This document shows positions 47,162 through 63,900 of a DNA stretch of 64,000 bases, piece after piece; positions within the stretch are counted from its first letter, which is position 1; each line of letters begins with the position of its first letter. The translations under genes were made by a program, and so were the position numbers. The notes below the pieces were generated by a model that was not told the DNA's origin, searched no databases, and saw only the letters and a program-made list of their open reading frames with translations. This DNA is from Neoconidiobolus thromboides FSU 785 (Eukaryota > Fungi > Entomophthoromycota). The DNA is taken from assembly GCA_025603075.1 (NCBI GenBank), contig MU626321.1:44990-108989 (forward strand). Direction: 5' to 3'.

Positions 47162-48392
47162 ATATCCTATATTTTTATTCTTGTATTTTATCATTCTATC
47201 AATAAGAGACACACATGTAAATACATACTTTTCATTGAAGTTACCACCCTTGAAAATTTATTAAAAGACCCTTTTTTACAACTCAATCCCCTAATTTAAA
47301 TTATAAAAGGAGTGATACAGTATTAAAATGAAATAAGTAAAAGTCCAAACAAAATTTTGATAAAGGATTATTTTATGCTATAAAATAAAAATTGATTGGA
47401 ATTTTAAAAGAATATTTAGAGTACTATCCTGCGATTTATTTAAGTATATTGATTAGAGTTGAGGTTAGGATTAAGAACATTCATTTAATTTCATCTTTTA
47501 ATATAGTGTTTTTGTTCAAGCTATTTTTTTCCTTAAAATGATAGTTTTCATAATTTCTTTAGCTACTCACCTTACTTTAATATCATAAATTTATTACTAT
47601 TTAATATACAGGTTCAAAAACTAAATGTAAATAATCTCCGATTTCTATATATAACTAGGTGACTAAAGGATAAATAGATGATTTTTGTATGTGACCTAGA
47701 AAGCTAAAAGTAGAATTGAGGACGATCGAATGGTCCAAACGGGTGTAGATGTTGATAGAAAAGTAATAGAGTTATGACTAGTTAACTTTGATTTGATTTG
47801 ATAAAAAATATAAAAATAAACTTACCAAATATAGTAAATTAAAACTTATTCTTTGTTTTACATTATTTGTGTGCTATGGAATGGTGATTTCTTTTGACTT
47901 AAATTACAAAGTATATTTTAATATATTAATGCTCTTATTTTATAGTTTAAATATAGTGAAGAGTCTTGCTATCATTTGTTTTATTGATATAAAAATTTAT
48001 TTATTTTAATTAATAAAGAATAGTTAAATAAACGTTATTAATATTACATAAAAATTAGTGCAATATAAGGTTAGAATTTTTATGAGATTCAAATTTTATG
48101 TTAGCTATTTATTTATAATCAACAGTATTATAATTCATAAAAACTGAATTAATAATACTCAAATGTAAATAATCAACAACATAACATAAATAAAAACTAA
48201 TTTTTTATGTTACCTCAGAGGTAATGCATTTGACCACTAAACCTATTATATAGTAAAAATTATTGTATAAGAAAAAGCTCAAATAGATTTAAATTTATTA
48301 AAATATATTGTAATAAAAAAACGTGATATGGGAGATAAATACTTATTAAAGCAGATATAACAAAAAGGATAATTAGTTCGATGCTAACTTAT

Positions 48393-49549
48393 TCATAAGC
48401 TTAGCCAAGTCAATAATGGGATTTCTATAAGCCTATTATAAGGCCTCCAATTAATCACAATTGCATCTAATTTAATAAGTAAAGAAGTAGTAAGCTCATA
48501 GTTAATTTTGGACTCAATGTTTTCTAATATAGAATTTTCAATCATAATTGCTTTAAGACATGAATTTTTTGAATGTTTGACATCAAGAAGACTGTTTGCA
48601 AAAACCTTTTTGATACTTCTCCAACGTATGCTTCTCTTAATGTTAGAAATTCAATAAACCATAGTTCATTTATTCCGATGCATTAAGGCTTTCTAGAGTA
48701 ACAAGGTTGGTTTTTTAGGTAAAATCAAGCTATCCTTATTTTTTAACTTTAAAAAAGAGATTAAAAGATCAAGAAGCTTTATACTTCTCAATTTATTAAG
48801 GTTACTAAAGTCATTAATATTAAATTTGTTCCGAAGAATACCTTTTATTTCTAATTCTAAACAAGTAAAGTTTGTGTTCGGACCGAATCCAGTATAATTC
48901 ATATAATGAACAATTCTATAAATAATTCTTTTGAGTCGATAAATCCCACTTTGATTCTATTTATTCTACCAGAATATAATCTATCTCGATATAATATCTT
49001 AAGATGTCTAACTTTATTTAGATTCAAACATTCCATGATGTCCTTTATACTCTCAGATTTAAAGATAAAATCTACAATATTAACTTGATCCAAAGATTTT
49101 TTAAATAAATTTAATAGGGATGAACAGATATTACAATAGAGATGTATAAATAACCTTTCTAACTTTGGTATTGGAACTTTAATTCTATCGTCAGAAATAT
49201 GAGTATACTTAGTGTCATTGTAGATTATAGATATTAGATTTGTGCAGTGATTTATATATTCAATATTATCATTACTTACTTTCAAATGCTTGATTACGGC
49301 TCTGTTTTTTAAAATAAATTTTTGTTGATATTTGATAAGGTTCTCACACTTTAAAGTTTTGTATACATTTCTTTTATTTTCTTCAAAGTCTTCTGTAATG
49401 TATTTTGAATGTATTATTTTATATTCTATACCCTTGTTTGTAATATTCAATAAGACTTTGCCTGATAAATGTAGATTCAAAAACTCTCTTAAATTGACTT
49501 GCTTAAATACCTTGTATAGTAAATCACTTGGTAGTTGATCAAACTTTAT
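48393..49549 (-). pseudogene. F-box/LRR pseudogene copy B
   Basis: ATA AAG TTT GAT CAA CTA CCA AGT GAT (ATG>ATA); KFDQLPSDLLYKVFKQVNLREFLNL F-box; frameshifts near 48900 and 48690; ends IPLLTWLSL*. Confidence 0.75.
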
Positions 49550-50554
49550 TTTTATATAAGAATTACAAAACAATAAGAAAAGTTATATAGTTACACATCT
49601 CACTATAATGTGTTTTAGTTAAAACTTGAACTTTGATTAAAACAAGATGGTTATCCTTGTTTAATAGTATCATAAAGCATTATAACCAGCTACAATAAGC
49701 TTAGCAATTTTAACTTAAATGATATGATATAATACAAATAAATGAGATGATAAAAATGATTTTATAGCTTTATTTTATCAACATCTAGGATTGATCTATT
49801 AGACTTAATTTATGTGATAAACTTCATATCTTTAATTTTGTAACTTATCATATAGCAACTAAATGACATATCCCTAAATTCTAATTTTCATATTAATGTT
49901 ATTGCTTCAACAGATGCTTCAAAAACATTCTAAATTTTACAACTTTTCTTAATTACAAATTCATCAACAACTAAAAATTCACTTCATTTCAGCTTCACTT
50001 TCGTTTATACAATTTTACTATCTAAACAATGCCACCAATATTCTAGAAAATATTTAAGATTACAAAAAAGTTACCGCTTTACTTTAAAACAATCTAATGT
50101 ATCAGTACTGTATACAACTTAATCTATTCTAATACATTATTAATAGATTCAACAGAGTCTGGAAAGCTAACAATTGCTTCAATTTTTACAAAACAACATG
50201 GGTACAAAATGGTAAAATGAGAGTCATGATTAATCTTACAATCGTGACCATAAAAGCAATACCCAAGTGAATGGCCTAAGAGATAATTGTGGAGAGCAGA
50301 AGAATGAAAAGTTGTGCCTGAGATAATAATAATGGTATTGAGATTTTGTTTATCTTTATTCAAGATAGAGTATTCAATAAGCTTTTTTTTTTTAAAAATG
50401 AGAGTATTATGATCAAGTCGCTTGTAGATGGTATGCTGATAAAAAAGCTATGAACTCCTATCATTAAGTAGAGTTGAGAAGGAACTAAAACTGAGACTTC
50501 ATCATATTTAGAGTTTTACTTAAAGCTCACAAAGTGATTAATTATAGTAAATAT

Positions 50555-50647
50555 AGGGATGTCTTTTTTAAGGATTTTATTAGTAATTTTTCCACTCAAA
50601 TAGTATTCCAGGAATCGAAAAAGTGATAAAATCAAAAAAACATCCTC
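50555..50647 (-). mobile_element. MITE copy 19
   Basis: TSD ATAT/ATAT. Confidence 0.8.
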
Positions 50648-51043
50648 ATATATATATAATACTACTACTTTTATTTAATATGATTAAAATAGTTTAAAAC
50701 AAACTATAATTAAAGAAGTATTAGAGTCATGCCTATAAATTAGTTCGATGATTTATTAATTAAAATTATAGACAAAAAAGAATATTACAATGACAATTGA
50801 AATTAAGTATAAGAGAATTTGATAAAGGATATTTTTAGTTTTCTATTGAAAAACACAGTATTAAGTTAATTTAACACATTGATGCCAGGCAATTTTATTT
50901 ATATTTGAAACTTTTCGCCTTAACTATACTTAATGAATTTCAGCTAATAAAACTGATCTTACATTTAGAGATTAACTTGATTAATTGAAATTGGGCTTAT
51001 AATATAAATTTACATCAATTACAAGATGAAAAAATATTAATAT

Positions 51044-51142
51044 GGGGGTGTACTTTTGTATTTAAGAGTTTTACTAAAAAAATTTCCACTCAAATAGCGC
51101 TCAAAAGATAGAAAAAGTAATAAAGCCAAAAAAAACATCTCC
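51044..51142 (-). mobile_element. MITE copy 20
   Basis: Family match; flanks ATAT/AATT. Confidence 0.85.
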
Positions 51143-51965
51143 AATTGTATAAGATTAGTTTTTTGTAAAAAAGATCACGCTAATTTTTAAAAAAATGAGG
51201 AAGAGTAACACAGAATAGGCTCATAAAATAGTCAATTTTATTATTCTATCATTAGAATAATCTTCTATACTATTTTGAACAATATGTTTCATGTTTGATA
51301 ACTTATTGATATACTAAAGGTTATAAAAATGAAGAATCTAAAAGTAAAACTTGAAACGTTAAGATCTAATACAAATAATAATAAATTATTTAATATTAAT
51401 TAATAAGAAAAACGATAAAAGTTATAATGATTTAAACCCCAGCATATTTGTAACCCTATCCAGGTTAATAATGGGGTGTTTTTAAGCTTAATATAATTCC
51501 CATTATTAATATCAAACATATTAGACGTAACAAGTAACAAAGAGGGAGTAAATGCACAAGCAGTTTTAAAATCTAATGTCCCCCAGTTTAAAGTCTTTAA
51601 TTTTAATTACTTTAAGATTTGAAAAAAATATTAAAAAATAAAAAAACCATTATAAGATCAAAGAAAGTAGAAACTTTAATTCAATTTCTAAAACTACATT
51701 CACACAAATTATTACTAGTGATGTCATTAATTTTATTTATGTTAAAACTAAACTCTTCTGCTAATGCTTTAATAACATAACCTATAGTACTAATGTGGAT
51801 TCTTTTAGTATTTAGCACTAAAGAAATAACCTTTGAAAATTGCTTTGCAAATTTATCAACATGTGCTTCATGTAATGTTGATAATTTTAATAAACCTTAA
51901 CTTATTGAGCTATTAGTATCAAATCAACCTAAACAAATGAGATCAGTATTTTTAAATAAAGTTAT

Positions 51966-52063
51966 GCGGATGTATTTTTGTATTTAAGAATTTTACTAAC
52001 AATTTTTTCACTCAAATAACGCTTAAAAGATCGAAAAAGTAATGAAGCCAAAAAAACTTTCCT
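51966..52063 (-). mobile_element. MITE copy 21
   Basis: TSD TTAT/TTAT. Confidence 0.85.
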
Positions 52064-52069
52064 TTATAT

Positions 52070-52975
52070 TATCTATATTTTCTAATTTTAAACTAGAAAA
52101 GCCAATTAATCCTATACTCTTCAATTTATTAAGGTCACCAAAATCATTAATAGTAAAATTAAAGAATATTATCAATTTCCAATCTCAGACAGGAAATAAA
52201 GTTTATGTTCAGATTAAACTTGGTATAAGAAAATGTATCTTCTCCCCTTTTTATATATAATTCTCTTAAGTTAATAAGTTATATTTTGATTTTATCCGAT
52301 TTGTCAAAGTTTAACATAGAATAATAACATATTTAACCAATTTTACTTTACCTGCAATCAAAAAATTGATAACTTCTTTTATATCACCAGAATCACACAC
52401 AACATCTAAAACTTCAATTTGCTTCAAATGTTTCTTAAATAAGTTTAAGATTGGGAAAGTATTAGTACAAATAACTTTTATGAATAACTTTTTCAACTCC
52501 GGTAACTGAATCAATTTAACGATTACTTCAAGAATACTGTAAGGATCATGATAAACAATAAATAAAGTTGGACAATAATTTATGTAAGCAATGATACTAT
52601 TATTTACATCTAAACATTTTGTCATGGCTCTACTTTTTAAAAACAAAGTCTCTTTATAGCTAATAAACTTTTTGTGGTTTAAGCTTTTACTTAAAGCTTT
52701 ATCATTACAAAAATTATCATCAGTATATGGGGATGATTTTTTTAGTTTCATTACTTTTTCCATCTTTTAAGTGCTATTTGAATAGAAAGATTGTTGGTGA
52801 AATTCTTAAACAAAAAAGTACATCCCCATATTTTGAATAAACCATTGTATGTTATAACCTTATTTATAATGCTAGATATACCCTTATTTAATAAGCATAA
52901 ATCGAAACTTTCATTTAAACGAAATTGTTTGAAGACTTTATATGACAAGTTTCCTAGTAGTTAATCAAACTTCAT
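52070..52975 (-). pseudogene. F-box/LRR pseudogene copy C, MITE-interrupted
   Basis: ATG AAG TTT GAT TAA (Gln5 to stop). MITE at 52729-52827 splits the YSKYTDD motif shared with paralogs. Left end approximate. Confidence 0.75.
52729..52827 (+). mobile_element. MITE copy 22, inside F-box copy C
   Basis: TSD ATAT/ATAT. Removing it plus one TSD restores colinearity with paralogs. Confidence 0.9.
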
Positions 52976-53322
52976 TTTATATAAAAATATAAAAATTTTA
53001 TTATTATACACCTAGATTTAAATCACTCTTTTATCTTTAGATAGACTTAGCAACTATGAATATTATTGACGAATAGCATATACAATGTTTAATATGCTTG
53101 CCTATCTTAACATTAATGTTAAACCTGATATATATAATATTTCTGTATTTTGATTTATTATTATCACCTCAAACAAAATAATCACATCCACAAATTCACA
53201 ATTTGATACTAATAATTCTCATATCAGATTTGCATAATAGCCCAATTTTTGCTATTTTTAATCCCTTATTTTCCAAAAAATTGATTCAATCATCTTAACA
53301 TAGCTTTTAATCCTCAAAAGTC

Positions 53323-55624
<2,302 letters not shown>

Positions 55625-55669
55625 ATGAGTTTTTTAGATGAAATAAAATTGAAATTTAATAATATTTGC

Positions 55670-55718
55670 TATTTTATTTTATCTTATTTTATCTTATCTT
55701 ATCTTATCTTATTTTATC
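55670..55718. repeat. Pentanucleotide microsatellite (TATCT/TATTT)n between convergent genes
   Basis: About 10 units in the 94-bp gap between the DHX35 and S9 peptidase stop codons. Confidence 0.8.
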
Positions 55719-58447
55719 TCATTGTTTTAAATGCTTTAAAATTTCCACAATTGATACCATTTCAGCATGAGGGGTGTCCAAGGGATGACCAGTATTTGGG
55801 AATAAAAATAATCTGATTTTAAAATTAGTATAAATTCTAACAAGTGATTAATAAATAATGACTTACTTTGCTAATTTGTTATTATAAGATTGAATTAAAT
55901 GATAATAATGAAAAGATTGAGACTTTGGTACTCGATAATCATGATCACCAATTAATAATAAAATTGGTGTTTTTAATTTAGAAATATACTGAAGTGGAGA
56001 CTGTTTATCTAATTTTATATAATCCTCTGAAGTTAATATAGGCAATTTATTAAAGTCAAACTTTAATCCAGCTTCATAATAACACCTAAAGGAAATTATT
56101 GTAAAAATTAATGTTATTATAGTAATATAGAATACTATAATAATAGATATATAAAATAGAAACTCACCAATCTGGAATATCAGACACGGTAGAATTACAA
56201 GCTAATTGAATTACTGGATTTCTCATAATTGCTTTTTTATAATAATCAGGATATTGTCCAATTAAATGAGCGGTTAGAAAACCTCCATGACTACCTCCCA
56301 TTATATTAATATCTTTATATGAATATTCATTAACTATTTTTTCAATTGCAAACTAAAAAAAATAATATTAATATTTAAGTTCAATCAAATTTAGTTATTT
56401 GTTTATAGTTACGATAACTAATATTCGAGGCTAATTTTTACCTGGCAATCTTTAACATCTTTATCACCTAAATGACCAATTAAAGAGTTAACATAATCTT
56501 CTCCGTATCCTATGGAACCAGAATAATTTACTATATAAATAAATAATTGTTATATTATTATATTATTATATTATAAATAATTAGAACAACTAATTTACCA
56601 TGCAAAATATCATAACCATTTAATAACAAATGTAAATTTAATAAACTCCAATCTAAAGCATTACTACCATGAGGACCACCTTAAATTAAATTAACGAATA
56701 TCTTAACAAATAATCCCAGTTTATCATCATTCACTTACCATGAATATTTAATATGATTTTTTTATTATTAATATTATTAAATTGAGATGTTAATAATATA
56801 CACTCTAATGGATTATTTATTTCATTACGTATATTTAATACTTCCCATGATATTTTGTTATAATCTATAATTAATTTATTACTATAATTAAAAATCTCTT
56901 ATAACTTAGATTTACCTTCATCGATTTTCTTTTGTTGAATAACTTTCCATTCAACTTCAATAGTATTTTTATTATTTGGGTTTATTGTTCCTAACATCTA
57001 AAAATAATTTTATTATATTAAATAAATACTTAATAATTTAGTTACCAATTCAGAACTAACTTTAGGATTACTTCTATAAGCTAATATATAATCATTACAA
57101 TGATCTAATATTGTATAACTATAATTGCAATTATTGATAACTATTATGTTTAATATTAAAAAAGTACTATTAGTATTTAACATATGAAGTATTTTCTATT
57201 ATTTTTTACCTTCACTTAATAATAATACTTTATTTTCTTCTTTTAAAGAAATAGCTAAAATAACCTAGATAAAAAAAGATATTAAAACACATATTTAAAT
57301 AATATTAATAAATTAATTACTCTATAACAATTCCATTGTGAATTAACAATTAAATAATCTTCTTTATTAACTTTTAATATAGGTTTTTTAATTAAACTTT
57401 GACAATAAATTCCTGGAAATTGTTGATATTCGGCTGATTTTATTTCATCTAATAGGACTTTTTCATTACCCGTAGTCAAATTATACTATAAAACAAAACA
57501 AAATAAAATAGTTAAATTTAATATATACTTAACTTTACCTTCATTACTTGATTACAATGAAAATGAGCACCGCCCAATGAGTTTTTAAAATAAATTAAAT
57601 TCTCTTCATAAGTAACAATATTATAACAACTATAATTAATATCTGAAATTAGTTGTAATTTTCCATTATTTAAATTCAATAAATAAATTGATTTAGGTCG
57701 ATTATTACAATAAACATAACCTAATTTAATAGGATTAGTTTGAAACAAAGTTAAAATTAATTGATCATTATTTAATGGATGATATATAAATTCCACCGGT
57801 TCACCATAATCAGAAGAGATATCAATAGGTTTAATTAAATCATTCATTTGCTCTTCTTTAATTGAAAATGATTTTTTTAATATTGAAGCTAAGTCAATTG
57901 AAATCAGCTGAATTTTATTAGTTGAAGTTAAACTTTCTCCATAGGATTGAATATATTGATATTCTTTATTATCAAATTCATTTGTAATTCTTTTACCTTG
58001 AGCAAGATAAATTAATTTTTGATTCTTTAATTGAGGCTTAGAGAATGTATTAAAATTAACAAAGTTATCATGATATTCATTTAATTTTAAGATATTCATT
58101 AATTGATTATCTAAGTAAACTTCAATTTGAGGAATAGCTTTATCTCCTCCTTCTGATTTTCTATCATAGAATAAAATGGTAATGTTTTCTTGAACTAGTT
58201 TGTAACAATAATTACTGATTTCTTCATGTTGAAAATCAATTGTTTTAAATTCTGGTAAAGAATGAAGTAATAATTGAGTAGTATATTTTCGTGATTTTTT
58301 TTGAATATAATCTTTGATATTATAGTTGTAATGAATCTTGAGATTGTTATCAATTGAGGAAATGGTACCTGATACTATTGATAGTTCACTACCTAATTGC
58401 TTTTGTAAATTGGAGATAGTGTTGTAAGTAATAGTGTCAATGGACAT
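55719..58447 (-). CDS. APEH: Acylamino-acid-releasing enzyme-like S9 serine peptidase, multi-exon
   Basis: HGGPHG, nucleophile GGSHGGF, KTPILLLIGDHDYRVP (Asp), PNTGHPL (His); stop TGA at 55721-55719. Confidence 0.88.
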
Positions 58448-58658
58448 GATTGTTGAATAAAAAAATGAGATGAAGATGAAAATTCATTCAAAAGAGATTT
58501 TATGGGATACGTCATAAATCCGGGTTTTTACTTAAAGAATAAAAATTAAGGTTTAATAGAATATTATTAATCTAATGAAAAAAATTTATACTATTATTTA
58601 AAAAGTCGATATATTATAGCTGCCCTTTTATCTTTACGTATATGCATTTCTACTATAT

Positions 58659-58758
58659 TGAGGATGTGTTTTTGTGTTTGAGAATTTTACTAACAAACTT
58701 TCCACGCAAATAGCGCTTAAAAAATGGAAAAAATAATGAAGTCAAAAAAAACACTCCT
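58659..58758 (-). mobile_element. MITE copy 23
   Basis: Family match; flanks ATAT/ATAC. Confidence 0.85.
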
Positions 58759-59093
58759 ATACAATTGTTAACTATATATTAAAATACTACTACTTCAATC
58801 ATTAATTCAATCATGTTTAGGATCAATTATGATATAGGGTTGTTTAAAAAAATCAATTAACACCAAATTAATAAAAAACTAAAATAAATTATTTATTATC
58901 AATACTGTTGCCTATACAATAAGCAATACAAAAAACCTGAAATAGAAAGTGCAGATACAATGAGTTCATTTCATTTTTTATTAAAAGACTCAATCAAATC
59001 TTTTAATGTTTTTAGTTTAACAAATTAAACTAGAACTACTTGACTTTTAGTCAACACAAAAAAGAGACTCTATTAGTAGGGAGCATCTAAAGA

Positions 59094-59166
59094 AGCCTAA
59101 TATGGGGCTCGAACCCATGACCCTGAGATTAAAAGTCTCATGCTCTACCGACTGAGCTAATCAGGC
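59094..59166 (-). tRNA. tRNA-Lys(UUU), intronless
   Basis: 73 nt; acceptor GCCTGAT/ATTAGGC; anticodon arm TGAGA-CTTTTAA-TCTCA; T-loop TTCGAG. Confidence 0.95.
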
Positions 59167-59594
59167 TATTCTATTTGTTATACCTTAACAGTAAAGATTA
59201 AATATATAGCTTTAATAATAACTAATTCTCTTCAGAATAATTTCCATACCACCCTTCTATGCCATCTACTTATAGACCTTTTTTTCAGGTACCATTCTAA
59301 GCTGGGTTGTAACAGCCATTCCATCACTTTTTCACATCTAAAACCTTTTATAAAATGAGGTAAATGAACTATCTTTAAAAATTAAATATATATGATTGTC
59401 CTAACAGATTTTAAAAATGAAATGATTTGTTGCACTATCAAATCAATGAACTTTCTCAATGTTTTGGTATTTTAAGTATATTGAATTAGTCAAATTTAAT
59501 TTTTCTAGATCAATCATAACATTATAAAAATGACACATTAAAATTCTATATATTGATGTAATTTTGTTTTTATATCTCTTCATCTTTATAAATA

Positions 59595-60934
59595 ATGAAA
59601 TTTGATCAACTGCCAAGTGATCTATTTATGAAACATTTAATTAGACCAATATAAGAGAACTGCTTAATTTACATTTATTAAATAAAAGCTTATCTATTAT
59701 CATAGACAAGGGCATCAAGTATAAATTAATTTATTCAAAGTACACTGAGGATGACCATGGGAGAATTGAAGGAAACTTAGTAAAAGTTTAGATTACCCAA
59801 ACTTTTTCAACTATAAAAAAGAGTTTATCTTAAAAAACGGTGGGACGACGAGACATTTAACTGTTTATTATAATAGCATTGTTTTGACTAATTGTTGCCC
59901 AAATTTAACAACCATTACTTATCTTTGCTCTGGGTCTATTCTTGCTACAGTTGATAAAATCTAAATCTAGTTACCCAAATTAAGAAGATATTTCAGATTC
60001 TACTATGGCTAGTTATTCTACAGTATTGAATTTATTTGAGAGAGATATGAGTCAAATCGAAGTTTTATATATTGAATATTGAGCTGGAGTATAAAAGAAA
60101 TAATCGAGTTTTTGAATTCAGAGGAAATAAGGTCCCTATAGATCTTTTATTATGCTACCTTGTTTTTTAATGAATTGAATAGAATTGAAGGAGGATTTAT
60201 TAATTTAAAAGTATTGCATATGGAATCAAATATATTTTTATCAAGTCTAAGCCTAATCCAAATATAAACTTTATCTCTTGTTTAAAATTTAAAATTAAAG
60301 GTTATTTTGACTCCAAGTTCGGTATTAATGTTTTTGGTAAACTTAGCAAATTTAAGAGTGTAAAACTAAATGACAAATCTTGTTCTTTTTCAGATATAAA
60401 AAACAGAAACAATATGATTTTAGCAGAAATTACTAACTTACTTCTTTAGGCCATTTTTATACGTATGATCCAATAAATTATGATTTATTAAAAATATCAA
60501 CATTACAAGAAATATGTGTCCTTGATTTAGTAATGGGACTTTTAGAAGCTGTTTATTTATTATTAAACATAAAAAGGATTCACATCGATGATTTATCTTT
60601 TGCCACTTCAATATTAACTAGCGACTTTAGTTTTGATACAGATGATGTTAATAAAAATACTAGCTATGATACATACAAATATGATTTTATAAATAAGATC
60701 GCAGTTGATTCCATCAATGGAGTTAACTTTAAAGACTCTTTTTGTTTATTAGAACTTTTCCCAAACCTTAAAGCAATTAAGCTTATTGATTTTATATTAA
60801 AAGATATAGATCCTGAAATTAACTATGGGCTTACTACTCCTTTATTAATCATTGTTCCTGATGTACCTACTATCGATAATGAGCTTTACGATAAACTCAT
60901 AAATATTCCATTATTAGCTTGGCTAAGTTTATAA
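59595..60934 (+). pseudogene. F-box/LRR pseudogene copy D
   Basis: MKFDQLPSDL followed by a 1-nt deletion and a TAG. The track ORF 60533-60934 is its C-terminus (INYGLTTPLLI...IPLLAWLSL, matching copy B). Confidence 0.75.
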
Positions 60935-61234
60935 ACAATATAACATTTAATTCATCATGCTTTTTATTATAATTATCTTAATAAAAATTTATAAGCCTTT
61001 TGTTTATTTTATTGTTGCATTATATTTTAGTTACAGATACTAATAAAGCGTTTATAGATATTTTTTCCTTGAATACCTTTTTAATAATACCTACAATAGC
61101 CAAATGCATTATCAACGTAAAAAATTAACTTCCAGATATAACGTTGATATTAAATACTTTATTGATTTATTCAATACTGTTTATTGTAATTCAGAATCAT
61201 GAAACTATCATCTATAAATAAACCACTAATATAT

Positions 61235-61333
61235 GGGAATGTTTTTTTTGACTTCATTATTTTTTCCATTTTTTAAGCCCTATTTGAGGGAAAAAACTAT
61301 CACTAAAATCCTTAAACATAAAAATACATCCCC
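61235..61333 (+). mobile_element. MITE copy 24
   Basis: TSD ATAT/ATAT. Confidence 0.85.
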
Positions 61334-61629
61334 ATATATTAAATAGATATATACTCAATAATTGATGGAATTTAATCTTTTTGTAAAAATATTAGTTCGC
61401 ATAATGAATACCTTAAATCAATATTAAAATGTTTATTTTTTACATATTTTTGTATGAATTAATAAAGGGCTTTTTAAAATAGACTTTAGGTTTTTTCGTC
61501 TTGCATCAACTAACGTTAATCATTCGGTTTTTACTTATTTCTTATGCTCATAATAATTGTTTTAGTAATTTTTAAATCAATAAAATAATAAAAAGGTAGT
61601 CGACTATATTTAGTTTGAAAACAAATAAT

Positions 61630-61727
61630 GGGGATGTTTTTTTGTGTTTAAGAATTTTACTAACAATCTTTCTACTCAAATAGCGCTTAAAAAATGGAAA
61701 AATAATGAAATCAAAAAAAACATCCCC
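61630..61727 (-). mobile_element. MITE copy 25
   Basis: Intact TIRs; TSD TAAT/TAAT. Confidence 0.9.
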
Positions 61728-62564
61728 TAATGTTGATGTTAAAATACAATTAATAATTTATTTAAGCAAAATTTTTCATAGAAAAAAGCATTGAATCTGA
61801 TTAGATGAAACTAATTTGCTATATTTAGTAAATTATTTTTTGGCCAAATTAGACCAAAAAACCAGCTGTCTATAATTATTTACTTCCTTCATAGCATCTA
61901 TATTATCTTTGGGTTACTCGCTTTTCCACTCTTTCTCCTGTAGCCTTCTAAGCTGAGTTATAAGAACTATACTCATATCCTTTGAAATTTTAAATATGGC
62001 TACATATATGAAGTAATTGGATTTACTTTCAAAATCAGTAACTTGAATAACAGTGGCGTTTTGATCCGTTAAGTTGTGTAAAATGGCCTGTTTATAACCC
62101 CAAATTAATAAGTCTTCAGACTTTCATAATCTCTAAATAAGTTAGGTTTGTTGATTGAATGTCTTCCAGATTTATTGGTATCACCGCTTCTATGACAATA
62201 TTACACAGAGGAGACAAATTTAGGGGATTTTTATTAATTTATATTAAGGGATAAAAATTGACAAAGTGAAATTTCTTTTGGTAAACTTGTTAATTTAGCA
62301 AAATTACCAAATACTGAGGGCTATAGAGGTAGACTTTCTCTGGTATTATGATAAATTATGAAATTAAAAGTAAAGAATCTATTATACATATTAGAATGAA
62401 TATTTAGGTTAGAACAGCCAAGTGCAACAACAGTTATATATGATATTATTCAATATTGTCTAGAATTGCTAAATTTATCTGAAGATATAAAAAAAGAACA
62501 AAATGTTGACATCAAACAAATAAATTATTGGTTTTCTTACTTTACTATGTTACATTTTGAAAAA

Positions 62565-63030
62565 ATGAAGCTTGGTTAACTACCTGATGGTTTACTATTT
62601 AAAATATTCAATAGGCTAGCATAAGGTGATTTTTTAATTTATAACTATTAGTCAAAGATTTATCCAATATCATAGACAAGATTACTAAATATAAATTAAT
62701 ATATTTAAAGTATACTGAGGATGACTTTGGTGATGATACAGGAATTATGGGTAAGTTTAAAGCTTAAAGCTTAAAGTTATCAAACTTTATTAAACATTAA
62801 AGAGAGCTTTTTTTAAAGATAAACTGATAATGGGGCATCTAATTGTAAATAATGAAACTTTTGATTTTGTAAACTATTGTCCAAATTTAACAGCTACAAC
62901 TTATCATGATTATCACAGGATTGTTACCAAAGATAACAAAGCAAAAACTCAGTAACTAAAACTAAAAAAGTCATCTGTAGAAGCTATTTTTATCAATTCT
63001 CCTCTAATACTACAGTTATTTAAAAAGTAT
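62565..63030 (+). pseudogene. F-box/LRR pseudogene copy E, 3' truncated at a MITE
   Basis: ATG AAG CTT GGT TAA CTA CCT GAT (codon 5 stop). Similarity to copy D continues to the MITE at 63033. Confidence 0.7.
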
Positions 63031-63032
63031 AT

Positions 63033-63128
63033 GAGGATGTTTCTTTTGGTTTCATTACTTTTTCCATCTTTTAAGCACTATTTGAGCGGAAAAATCGCCA
63101 GTAAATTCTTAAACAAAAAAACACACCC
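63033..63128 (+). mobile_element. MITE copy 26
   Basis: Family match; flanks ATAT/ACAA do not match. Confidence 0.85.
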
Positions 63129-63548
63129 ACAAATAAAACAAGAAATGTATTTAAAAATTATTAATTAACTTATTTTTTATGTTAAAATTTTTTATTAAAA
63201 TATATATCTGTAAAATAGTAGAAATAAACTTTTTAGCTAATTTAAGCAGGTATGTTTATATATTTTAAAAAGTATGCTATACAAAATATTTTCAAATAAT
63301 TATTTTAAAATGCTTGTGAAATTTAAGAGTAGTTATTTTTTGTTATAATGATCCAAAGTGTTTATAAATGTTAATTTATGGAATTTATCACAAAATCTAA
63401 TTTAAAAAGTATTGACAGAAACAACATGTAAGACAAATAGAAATAGTTTACAGCATTAATATTCAGAATACAAAAATAGAAAAAATACAGACAACTAATA
63501 TAATTAATTATATAAAAAAAACTTCGTAAAATTATATAAGACAAGGCT

Positions 63549-63621
63549 GCCTGATTAGCTCAGTCGGTAGAGCATGAGACTTTTAATCTCAGGGTCATGG
63601 GTTCGAGCCCCATATTAGGCT
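63549..63621 (+). tRNA. tRNA-Lys(UUU), identical to 59094-59166
   Basis: Same 73-nt sequence in the opposite orientation. Confidence 0.95.
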
Positions 63622-63784
63622 TTATTATTGAACAATTATTTTTATTAATCTTTGTAGCTTCAATATAATGTTTTTCAAAATAAAATTTGGTTTTAACCAA
63701 TCAAATTTTTGATTTTAAAACTTTTATTAGAAATATTATTAATTTTCCAATAAGATTCTTTGAACTTAAATAAAAAACACATCT

Positions 63785-63882
63785 GAGGATGTTTTTTTGT
63801 GTTTAGGATTTTACTGACGATTTTTCCGCTCAAATAGTGCTTAAAAAACGGAAAAAATAATGAAATCAAAAAAAACACCCTC
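63785..63882 (-). mobile_element. MITE copy 27
   Basis: Family match; flanks ATCT/GTAT do not match; 18 bp from LTR copy 3. Confidence 0.85.
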
Positions 63883-63900
63883 GTATATATATTAGATAGC

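Noticed and set aside
50124-50500. Track ORF 50124-50363 and an overlapping hydrophobic broken frame (possible 7TM remnant)
   Set aside because: Multiple stops and no diagnostic motif, so it cannot be assigned.
59094-59110. tRNA 3' end (CCCCATAT) resembles the MITE terminus plus TSD
   Set aside because: Only about 8 nt match. The MITE has no A/B boxes or polyA tail, so a SINE origin is unsupported.
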